Virus record (IMG/VR): IMGVR_UViG_3300048854_000074
Coordinates: 6,118 to 70,117 of that record
Source of the DNA: a virus
Lineage: Duplodnaviria > Caudoviricetes
Direction: 5' to 3' (one strand)
Length of the DNA: 64,000 nt
The notes under the pieces were generated by a model that saw only the letters and a program-made list of their open reading frames with translations, did not search any database and was not told the origin of the DNA. The translations under genes were made by a program, and so were the position numbers. This document shows positions 54,669 to 62,522 of the stretch, one piece after another (positions within the stretch are counted from its first letter, which is position 1; each line of letters begins with the position of its first letter).

Positions 54669-55082
54669 ATGAAAGAGTATTACGTCATCAGCGTGATGCA
54701 CACGCGCCGCGACAACCGGTATATCACGCTTTGGTGCCCGGACGACAAGGGTTACTGCTTTCGCGCTTACAGGGCGGGCCGCTACGGCGACGAGCACGTG
54801 CGACGTTCGCTGGGGTACTACAACTCTGGCTGCTCGAACATCGCCGTTCCGTGTGACGTTATCGAGCCGCTAATGGTCATGACCACGCCCGCAGACATGC
54901 TCGACGGTGCGGACGGCCTCGCATTGCTCAACACATGCGCCAACTGGAAGGTCTTGCTGGCGAATGTGATCGAGACACCTGCATACAAGCCCGAGCCGCT
55001 TTACAAGGGCGCGCCCTACAGCGATTACGAGCGCGAGTGCCGAGGCATGCCTAAGCGGAAAGCAGCGCTGGCCGCCGCCTAA
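54669..55082 (+). CDS. Hypothetical protein
   Basis: ORF track. Confidence 0.65.
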   Translation: MKEYYVISVMHTRRDNRYITLWCPDDKGYCFRAYRAGRYGDEHVRRSLGYYNSGCSNIAVPCDVIEPLMVMTTPADMLDGADGLALLNTCANWKVLLANVIETPAYKPEPLYKGAPYSDYERECRGMPKRKAALAAA

Positions 55083-55120
55083 CCCCACCCCGCAGATAAA
55101 ACACTTCTATTGAAATCGTC

Positions 55121-55702
55121 ATGAACATTCTGGTCGGCTGCGAAGAATCCGGAACCGTGCGCGACGCATTCGCTGCACTTGGCCACAAGGTGCTGTCGTG
55201 TGACCTTCAGCCGACGCGATCCCGCGGCCCGCATTACGAAGGTGACATTTTCGACGTGATCGATTATCCGTGGGATCTGGCTATTTTCCATCCTCCGTGC
55301 ACGCACACATCGGTCAGTGGGGCGCGGCATTTCGCTGAAAAGTGGATGGATGGCCGCGGCGCTGCCGGGGTCTCGTTCTTCATGAGCCTAGTTCGCCGCT
55401 CGGCACACATCCCAAAAACGGTATTCGAACAGCCTGTTTCGATCATGTCGACGCTGTATCGCAAGCCTGACCAGGTGATTCAGCCGTGGCAATTCGGTCA
55501 TGGCGAGACGAAGGCGACGTGTCTTTGGCTGAAGGGGCTGCCGCCACTAGTGCCAACGCAGGTAGTCGAAGGCCGCGCCGATCGCATCCACAAGATGGCG
55601 CCCGGTCCCGAACGCGCCCGTGAGCGCTCCAAGACGTACGACGGCATTGCAGCCGCAATGGCAACCCAATGGGGCGGCGATCTCATATCGCGTGCCGCTT
55701 AA
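55121..55702 (+). CDS. Short DNA cytosine methyltransferase-like protein
   Basis: ILVGCEESG motif I, HPPC catalytic motif, EQP, RERSKTY. Confidence 0.8.
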   Translation: MNILVGCEESGTVRDAFAALGHKVLSCDLQPTRSRGPHYEGDIFDVIDYPWDLAIFHPPCTHTSVSGARHFAEKWMDGRGAAGVSFFMSLVRRSAHIPKTVFEQPVSIMSTLYRKPDQVIQPWQFGHGETKATCLWLKGLPPLVPTQVVEGRADRIHKMAPGPERARERSKTYDGIAAAMATQWGGDLISRAA

Positions 55703-55715
55703 CCGAGACCAGACC

Positions 55716-56090
55716 ATGAGCACCAGTGATACAACGGCAGTGCAGAACCTGAGCGACGAGCAACGCGAGGCGCTGAGCCACCTGATCGCGAAGGGCTCAA
55801 CGTTTCCCGATCACAACGGCCCGAGCGGCGGCGTAACGCGGGTCAAGTATGAGCACTTGTTGACGGCAGCCCCACTTCTCAAGCAGTTGCTCGATGCTGG
55901 CGCGGCGCCGCAATCCACCACCCCGCAGGCAGACGCCGCGATAGCTGCAGGAGAGGCGGGGGAGGCGGTGGGCGAAATCGCTTCGTCGCATTTCGTTCAG
56001 GGCGGCACGACAGTGAAGCTGTTCGACCAGTCCTTGCCGGTTGGCACGAAGCTCTACGCCGCGCCACTAAATGAGGATCGAACGAAATGA
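55716..56090 (+). CDS. Ead/Ea22-like modular protein, N-terminal part
   Basis: Ends LPVGTKLYAAP. Confidence 0.6.
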   Translation: MSTSDTTAVQNLSDEQREALSHLIAKGSTFPDHNGPSGGVTRVKYEHLLTAAPLLKQLLDAGAAPQSTTPQADAAIAAGEAGEAVGEIASSHFVQGGTTVKLFDQSLPVGTKLYAAPLNEDRTK

Positions 56091-57496
56091 AGCAGATCCC
56101 TTTGAGTGACGGCGTCCTTGCCTTGGTCGATGACATCGACTATGAGCGAATCGCTCAACATAAATGGCGGCTGAACAAGAAAAAGTATCCGGCGCGCGTA
56201 GCGTATCAGGGCGATGGAACGCGGCAGAAGGTATATATGCATCGCGAAATTCTTGGCCTTACGAAAGGTGATCCGCGTCACGTTGATCATCGCGATGGAA
56301 ACCCGCTGAACAACGTTCGAAGCAATCTCCGGTTTGCATCGCAACTGCAAAACAACAGGAATATCGGAATGATCTCGACCAATACATCGGGCTTCAAGGG
56401 GGTTAGTTGGAGTGCTATGTCTAAGAAATGGCAGGTGAACATAAATGCCAATGGCAAAACGCACTACTTCGGCCTATACGATTCTGTCGAGATCGCCGGA
56501 TATGTGGCCAAGTGCGCTCTTAAAGCATTGCATGGTGAGTTTGCGAATGACGGTAACGGACCATTCGAGTTGGAGATCCCTCGCGTAGCCGCGACTGTCA
56601 ACCTGCAAACGGTGTTCGCCGAACTGCGCGAGGACTTCTCTGTAGCCGATTCAGGCAAGGCACTCAAGGCTGTCGAGCGCGCTCTGTCCGCCGCTCCCCA
56701 AGCTGCCGCGACTGCGGCGCTGACGGAACGCCAATGCGCCGCGATCCAGTTCGCTATCGGCTATCTGCAAGGTCGGCAGGGCTGCGCCGAAGACGTGGCC
56801 GCGCTCGAATCCATCGAGACAGGCGATCCTCGCGTGCCTAGCCAGATCCCCGCCGCAGATAGCCAAGACGAGCGGGCGGCGTTTGAGGCGGATTACGCAA
56901 TTGTGTGGAACGCCGCAATGACGGAGAACGGCTGGAATGGCGGCCACACCGCCGCCGATGTTAAAGCGCTGCGCGAAGGCAACACTTACGGCAAGGGTCG
57001 CGACTATCTCAATGCGCGATGGGAAGGCTGGCAAGCCCGCGCCGCATCTCCAGCCACGGCTACACGCAAGGGTGGGGATGAACCGGAGTTCGTGAACCTC
57101 GAAGGTCTGCGTTCTAAGTTGCTCGCACCGCGCGAGACTTTCCGTGACGATCACGGCTGGTTGGCTCACCCGGACGTTCCTGTGTGTGACGAAGGCACAC
57201 GCGTCGACAAGTTTCTCGAAGCATTCGGCATCGAAACGCGCTTCCGCTCAATGGAAAGCGATTTGCCCGACCTGCATGAGCGCTGGTGCGACGAAGGTCT
57301 GGACGATTGCTCCGAATGGACGCCGACACGACCGGAAGGCGACGGCTGGCTGCTGCTCGAAATCTACGACACCGAGGACGGCCCGTACGCGATGTTTGGC
57401 CGCGATCTGTTCGAGGCCGAGAACGCTCGGAAGCGCGAGGCCCATCGTGCTGCCCGTGCCGCCCGAAACCAATCGACTGGCGAGGCCGCAGAGTGA
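56087..57496 (+). CDS. HNH-AP2 homing endonuclease fused to Ead-like modules
   Basis: MHREIL...VDHRDGNPLNNVRSNLR; TSGFKGVSW AP2 domain; long unrelated C-terminus. Confidence 0.85.
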   Translation: MKQIPLSDGVLALVDDIDYERIAQHKWRLNKKKYPARVAYQGDGTRQKVYMHREILGLTKGDPRHVDHRDGNPLNNVRSNLRFASQLQNNRNIGMISTNTSGFKGVSWSAMSKKWQVNINANGKTHYFGLYDSVEIAGYVAKCALKALHGEFANDGNGPFELEIPRVAATVNLQTVFAELREDFSVADSGKALKAVERALSAAPQAAATAALTERQCAAIQFAIGYLQGRQGCAEDVAALESIETGDPRVPSQIPAADSQDERAAFEADYAIVWNAAMTENGWNGGHTAADVKALREGNTYGKGRDYLNARWEGWQARAASPATATRKGGDEPEFVNLEGLRSKLLAPRETFRDDHGWLAHPDVPVCDEGTRVDKFLEAFGIETRFRSMESDLPDLHERWCDEGLDDCSEWTPTRPEGDGWLLLEIYDTEDGPYAMFGRDLFEAENARKREAHRAARAARNQSTGEAAE

Positions 57497-57870
57497 GCGA
57501 CCTCTTCTACCTCCAAGACAGCCGCAGCTTCGTCGGCAACGACGTTATGTGGTGGGCGCTCGGCGGCAATGGCTACACGACGGACTTGCGACAAGCGCAA
57601 ACCTACTCGCGCGAGGATGCGCAGGCCAGGCACAACGCCCGCGAGACCGACATACCCTGGCCGAAAGAGTACATCGACGGCAAGACCCGGCCAGCTGTGG
57701 ACTTTCAGTACATCAGCAAGGTTGCGGTCGCCGCCGCTGGGATCGCACTGGCGAAGCCTCGCAAGCCGCGCGCATACACCTTCAACTGTTCCGGGTGCGG
57801 CCGCTTTCTGCGCGACCTCGATCGATATTCACAGGATTGCCGGAATTGCGGCGCCGACAACAGACCGTGA
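57493..57870 (+). CDS. Conserved-looking phage protein
   Basis: FYLQDSRSFVGNDVMWW; C-terminal CxxC pairs. Confidence 0.7.
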   Translation: MSDLFYLQDSRSFVGNDVMWWALGGNGYTTDLRQAQTYSREDAQARHNARETDIPWPKEYIDGKTRPAVDFQYISKVAVAAAGIALAKPRKPRAYTFNCSGCGRFLRDLDRYSQDCRNCGADNRP

Positions 57871-57878
57871 GGACCAAC

Positions 57879-58613
57879 ATGAACACCACAAATACCGATG
57901 GCGCTGCGGGTGGGCTGTTGCCGTGCCCGTTCTGCGGCGGCCAAGCCCAGATGATTGAAGGCGATGGCGGGTTCTCGGGTCGTGTGCAGATTGATTGCAC
58001 GGTATGCCGAAATGCCACTTGGTGGTGGGGCGAAGCTGTCGCGATCCGGCAATGGAACCGCCGCGCCACTGCCAGCGCTCAGGCGACCGTACCGGCTGGG
58101 TGGAAGCTCGTGCCGATCGAGCCGACCGAATCGATGGTCATCGATGGCTTTGAATCTGCGCCGAGCGCGTTGTTCAGTGAGCCTGAAGTGTGGGGCGCAT
58201 TCGAGGCAATGTCGGGTTGCCAACAGGCCGCGCACAAAGCCAGGCTCTGCTATGCCGCAATGCTCACCGCCGCTCCCGCCGCCCCACAGGCATCTGACCG
58301 ATGCTATGCGCCAAGCTGCGGGCAATGGGACGGCACTCAGACGTGCACCTGCCAGAACGCCGCCTCACAGGCATCGGAGAGCGTGCGCATGGATGCGGAG
58401 CCGCGAACGCTCGACGAGTACCACGAGGATTACGGAAATGTCGTGTGGTGGTGCTGGCAGGACGGTGAATGGCTAGGCGAACCCGCTTGGATCGGGAAGC
58501 CGCACGACAGCGACTGGCCCGACTATCACACGCACTGGACGCCGCACCCGGCGTTTCCGGCCGCCATTGCCGCCGCTCAACCTGCAAGCGGGGGCAAGCA
58601 TGAAACTCGATGA
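57879..58613 (+). CDS. Lar-family restriction alleviation protein with added modules
   Basis: LLPCPFCGG...CTVC...AIRQWNRRA. Confidence 0.8.
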   Translation: MNTTNTDGAAGGLLPCPFCGGQAQMIEGDGGFSGRVQIDCTVCRNATWWWGEAVAIRQWNRRATASAQATVPAGWKLVPIEPTESMVIDGFESAPSALFSEPEVWGAFEAMSGCQQAAHKARLCYAAMLTAAPAAPQASDRCYAPSCGQWDGTQTCTCQNAASQASESVRMDAEPRTLDEYHEDYGNVVWWCWQDGEWLGEPAWIGKPHDSDWPDYHTHWTPHPAFPAAIAAAQPASGGKHETR

Positions 58614-58854
58614 ACTGATCCAGCGAGTCGGAGTGGATAACGTCGGCGTACAGGTGTTGAGTGAGTCGATCACAGGCGCGAAACAACGTCGGGGCTACGT
58701 CGATGTTTCATTCGGCACTGATTGCGTGTCGATGCGAGACATCGCTACCGGCGAGTGGAAGAAGGTTGTGTTTGTCGTCAGCGTAAAGCGCGATGCATTT
58801 GAAGCAGCTCGTGACGCCTCTCTTGCCGCACCTACTCATGGAGAAGCGAATTGA
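58600..58854 (+). CDS. Hypothetical protein
   Basis: ORF track. Confidence 0.6.
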   Translation: MKLDELIQRVGVDNVGVQVLSESITGAKQRRGYVDVSFGTDCVSMRDIATGEWKKVVFVVSVKRDAFEAARDASLAAPTHGEAN

Positions 58855-59057
58855 AGGACGCACTGTTCTTTAGATACCTGGGAGTGGGAGTCTTCTTGGC
58901 GATAGTCGCCGTTATATCGGGAAACTTCAAAACCTTTTCAACGTTCGGCGGCGGAAGGGCAGGAACTCCTATCGGCTTGATAGTCTTCTTTTGGCCCTTT
59001 TGGATCGTCGCTGTGATTGCGGACTACCTGATTTCTCGAAGAAGGGATAAGAAATGA
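58851..59057 (+). CDS. Small membrane protein
   Basis: Two TM segments; coupled. Confidence 0.55.
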   Translation: MKDALFFRYLGVGVFLAIVAVISGNFKTFSTFGGGRAGTPIGLIVFFWPFWIVAVIADYLISRRRDKK

Positions 59058-59218
59058 CCAAGCAATGGACCTTCGAAACCGCGATCGACTGGATCAAAGG
59101 CAACTTCCGCTGGCCCGGAGGCTTCATCAGGGCACGCGCTGGGTACGTGCCTACGTCGCTTGATCGCGAGGCGATTCAATACCTGGTCGACCATCAGCAG
59201 TTTGCGTGGGAGGGCTGA
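59054..59218 (+). CDS. Small hypothetical protein
   Basis: Coupled at both ends. Confidence 0.5.
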   Translation: MTKQWTFETAIDWIKGNFRWPGGFIRARAGYVPTSLDREAIQYLVDHQQFAWEG

Positions 59219-59484
59219 TGCCAGCAATCGAAACGCACCAGCGCACTGTTTATCGCTCGCCATCGAGTCGCCGGTCATTCCTCACCCCGAAAGCTGCGGC
59301 ACGTTCAGAGGCTGCAATGCTCATCAAACGGAAGTATCCGAGCGAGAGCGCCGAATATGGCGATTACGGAATGATCGAATACCCCGGCTTTCATTGGTCC
59401 GAGGACGAGCGCTTGCAACGCGTTCACCAGCGACTGGTTCGGATGATGCTGCGCAAGATGAAGGAACCACCATGCACCGCCTAA
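59218..59484 (+). CDS. Hypothetical protein
   Basis: TGATG-coupled. Confidence 0.6.
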   Translation: MPAIETHQRTVYRSPSSRRSFLTPKAAARSEAAMLIKRKYPSESAEYGDYGMIEYPGFHWSEDERLQRVHQRLVRMMLRKMKEPPCTA

Positions 59485-59672
59485 CCAACCGCCACACCTT
59501 CTGCAAAAGTTTCGACTCCTACCGCAAAGCTATCTCCCCAACATCTCAGCAATTCGCCGGCCTATGCGCTTCATTTGCGCAGATGGTGGCTGATGATTCT
59601 CAGGGAAGGGTCGCAGTGGCTGTGTCGGTCGCGAACGTCAATGTAGTGCGGGAGCCGAGGGTCAAGGTATGA
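59472..59672 (+). CDS. Hypothetical protein
   Basis: RBS AAGGA. Confidence 0.45.
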   Translation: MHRLTNRHTFCKSFDSYRKAISPTSQQFAGLCASFAQMVADDSQGRVAVAVSVANVNVVREPRVKV

Positions 59673-60076
59673 AAACCGAGCCGATTTTTTTGCATGACTG
59701 GAAAGATGGTACAGCGATTGATGTATTCACCGATTTTGATGGCTCGCGCTGGCCGTCATATAGAGATGACGATGCGATTCCGGTGCAGGATAAACCCGAG
59801 TATCAGGGCGTCGAAATCCTGTTGGCTTACTACAGTTACGAGAATTATTCCGGGGATGCGTTCGTGCTTTTTCGCCGTGACGGTAAGCTTTTCGAGGTCA
59901 ATGGAGGTCATTGCTCGTGTTATGACCTGGAAGGGCAATGGGAGCCCGAAGAGACGAGTGCAGAAGCATTGCGCCACCGACTCAAGAACGGCGGCCTAGG
60001 CAAAGACTACGATGACATGAACAAGTTTGCGGATGAGCTATCTGGATTGCTCGACGCTCTGGAGGCTCAATGCTAG
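59669..60076 (+). CDS. Conserved-looking phage protein
   Basis: YSYENYSGDAFVL...GGHCSCY. Confidence 0.7.
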   Translation: MKTEPIFLHDWKDGTAIDVFTDFDGSRWPSYRDDDAIPVQDKPEYQGVEILLAYYSYENYSGDAFVLFRRDGKLFEVNGGHCSCYDLEGQWEPEETSAEALRHRLKNGGLGKDYDDMNKFADELSGLLDALEAQC

Positions 60077-60221
60077 GAACCACATGCAGCCACGGCAACA
60101 CATGGGCCGATTGCCCCGAGTGCAAGCTAGCCGCCGCTCGCTGGCTGGTCGATCAGTGGGGAAGTGAGGTAGATGAGGCTAGGCGGGTGATTGCGGAGAT
60201 TGAGGAACAGGGGGTGAGGGG

Positions 60222-60488
60222 ATGAGCGAAGTATCCGACGAGCGGAACTGGACGCGTGTTCCTATTGCTGACCTGGCGTCTCCGAAAGGCGGCGGCCTTC
60301 ACATGGTCTACCGCGATTCGTGGTGGGCTATCGATGCCGAGAATCGCGCGTTCTTTTTCAGGAAGACGAGCCCGCAATGCAACGCAAATCGAGCGATTGT
60401 GGAGCGCCTGAAGACGCACCCGGATATGACCGGGGTTGTGCAACTGCCGTTGGCCATGTGGCCAGTAAATATCAGCGACTACGCCTGA
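60222..60488 (+). CDS. Hypothetical protein
   Basis: ORF track; SPQCNAN. Confidence 0.6.
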   Translation: MSEVSDERNWTRVPIADLASPKGGGLHMVYRDSWWAIDAENRAFFFRKTSPQCNANRAIVERLKTHPDMTGVVQLPLAMWPVNISDYA

Positions 60489-60499
60489 GGAGAAAAACT

Positions 60500-60934
60500 T
60501 TGAACGCAAAAGAACTGGCCGCGCAACTGAGCGGCATCCAATACCCCGTTCGCATCCCGAAAACGCTCACCGATGAGGCCAAGGCTTCCGGGCTTGTCAT
60601 TGTCTACGGTGCATCGGACGATCTGATGGAGTTCGAAGGGGCAATCTATGACGAGGTCGGTTGCTATGACGGAGGCACGGCGTACGTCGATGGCAACGGG
60701 CTGCTACCGGATCGCGACAGCATCGAGGAAGACGACGAACTGAAGGATTACTTCGGGCGTAAGCCGAATGCGAAGACTATCGAGGCGTTGTGGTGCGCTG
60801 AAGGCGAGTTCTCATGGACATATAAGACCGACATTCCGCACGAAACTTTCGAAGTCTGGGAGGACGGCGAGCCCCCGTACTGTCGCGGCATCGTGTTCGC
60901 GCTGGCAGATGTAGCGGAGAAGCAAGCCGCCTGA
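60500..60934 (+). CDS. Conserved-looking phage protein
   Basis: TTG start after GAGGAG; VYGASDDLMEF...DIPHETF...YCRGIVF. Confidence 0.7.
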   Translation: MNAKELAAQLSGIQYPVRIPKTLTDEAKASGLVIVYGASDDLMEFEGAIYDEVGCYDGGTAYVDGNGLLPDRDSIEEDDELKDYFGRKPNAKTIEALWCAEGEFSWTYKTDIPHETFEVWEDGEPPYCRGIVFALADVAEKQAA

Positions 60935-60991
60935 TGGAAGCCGCATTCAACAAGATATTGGCCACAACGAAACGGGTTTGGGAGGTGGGGG

Positions 60992-61258
60992 ATGAATACA
61001 GTGTTCTTGCTTATGGCGCAGTTTGGAGCCCGGGCGGTAATCCCGATTGAGGAGGTGCGTCGCGCATACTTCGCGCATCTCGAACTAGACAAACTGCTTC
61101 GCAAGATCGCCATAGGCGAAATTTCGATGCCGCTTGTCCGGATCGAGAAAAGTCAGAAATCCGCGAAAGGCGTATATGTTCAGGATCTGGCCGACTATAT
61201 TGACGCCGCGCGGGAGGCGGCATTGAAGGAGTGCAATCAGCTAAGGGTGGCCGCCTGA
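60992..61258 (+). CDS. PrtN-like excisionase
   Basis: MNTVFLLMAQF...VQDLADYID; converges on the integrase. Confidence 0.85.
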   Translation: MNTVFLLMAQFGARAVIPIEEVRRAYFAHLELDKLLRKIAIGEISMPLVRIEKSQKSAKGVYVQDLADYIDAAREAALKECNQLRVAA

Positions 61259-62328
61259 GGGGCGATTTTATCCAGCCATTCCCAGCCGGACCACTTGTCG
61301 CCTACCTCGCGAACGTGCGTGTACCGTTTCAGTGTATTCCAGGACCGGTGCCCTGAAACGGAAGCCACGCGCTGCACGGTCCATCCCATCTCAGACAATC
61401 GACTGGCTCCCTCGTGGCGCAGGTCGTTCAACACTAGGTCATCGATGCCCAGAGCCAGTGTCGCGGATCCGAAAGCGCCGCTGGCAGACTTCGGGGCGTA
61501 AGGGAAGATGCGAGGCTCGCCGGCAACTTTAGGCTGAGCGAGGATAACCCGGAGAGCTTCCGGTGTGAGATAGCACCATGTGTCGTTTCCCGCCTTTTCT
61601 TCTGGATGCTTCAAGTCGCGAACCATTACCCGGCAGCCGTCAACATCGAGATCGGTCCACGTAATTCCGCATATCTCAATCGCCCGCCTCAACGAATACA
61701 TCGTCATTAGGCAGAATGCGGTCATTGGCACCGTATCGCCACGCGTGCTTTTAGATTTTGAGAAGTAATCCATAAGCCGATCCATTTCATCGCGCGTGGG
61801 ACGCCGGTCGCGCTTATTCGATCGGGCTATCGTGCCAAGCCGCTTCATTACAACTCGCGCATCATTTATTGCCTGATCATCAAACGGAAATCCCCATGCT
61901 GGCCTGGCTATTTTCAGAATGGATGCAAGGTGAGAAAAATAATTGTCCGCTGTCGATGGCGAAACCCCTAAATCATTAACGAATTTGACGAGTGCGGCGC
62001 TGTCGATCTGGGAGCATCGCTTTTGCGCAAACTCGTGAGCTTCGATCATCTTTAGAACGTTGCTTTTCGATTTGCTCATAGCGCGCTTAGTTTCTTTGCG
62101 CGCCCGGTCGATCACATCCTTGAGTGGCGGATCCTCGGCCATCGCTTTTTTCAGGCCAACCGGATCGGCCAGTTCAGTCTCCAGCTTTTTTATCCAGGCG
62201 ACCGCCGCTTGCCGCCGCGAAAAGGTCTGAGTTTCCTGGTGCAGAACCTTGCCGCCCTTACGTATCCGCACCTGTGCTTTGTAGGAGGTGCTACCATCCT
62301 TGTTCATTCGTGGGGTGATCGCGCCCAT
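61237..62328 (-). CDS. int: Tyrosine integrase
   Basis: R..E; DLRHEG; SGHRSW..LKRY; first His of the HxxR motif is Asn (LNDLRH). Confidence 0.93.
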   Translation of the reverse strand: MGAITPRMNKDGSTSYKAQVRIRKGGKVLHQETQTFSRRQAAVAWIKKLETELADPVGLKKAMAEDPPLKDVIDRARKETKRAMSKSKSNVLKMIEAHEFAQKRCSQIDSAALVKFVNDLGVSPSTADNYFSHLASILKIARPAWGFPFDDQAINDARVVMKRLGTIARSNKRDRRPTRDEMDRLMDYFSKSKSTRGDTVPMTAFCLMTMYSLRRAIEICGITWTDLDVDGCRVMVRDLKHPEEKAGNDTWCYLTPEALRVILAQPKVAGEPRIFPYAPKSASGAFGSATLALGIDDLVLNDLRHEGASRLSEMGWTVQRVASVSGHRSWNTLKRYTHVREVGDKWSGWEWLDKIAPQAATLS

Positions 62329-62341
62329 TTTTCTCGCTCCG

Positions 62342-62386
62342 TGGTGCCATGACATTCGCGGCACCGATTTTGGCACCATGGCACCA
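62342..62386. repeat. TGGCACCA repeats (putative integrase arm-type sites)
   Basis: Inverted copy at 62342-62349; direct copies at 62371-62378 and 62379-62386; partial at 62360-62366. Confidence 0.65.
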
Positions 62387-62522
62387 CGAAAACAAGGTCA
62401 AATCCGGGTAAACGCGATACAATAAGACGCTGTCGAAACACTCGTAAATGCATGAGCAGAAACGAAAACCAATGAAATCAAGGCTTCTGGCCGGAACCGA
62501 GAAACCCATCATCGACAAGCCC

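Larger units (their letters stand above)
1..62400. mobile_element. Temperate prophage with lambdoid gene order and contractile tail; left end lies outside the window
   Basis: Integrase/xis, cI/cro with operators, replication, Q, terminase, portal, capsid, sheath, tube, baseplate and fibres in canonical order; host rnr on the right. Confidence 0.97.
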
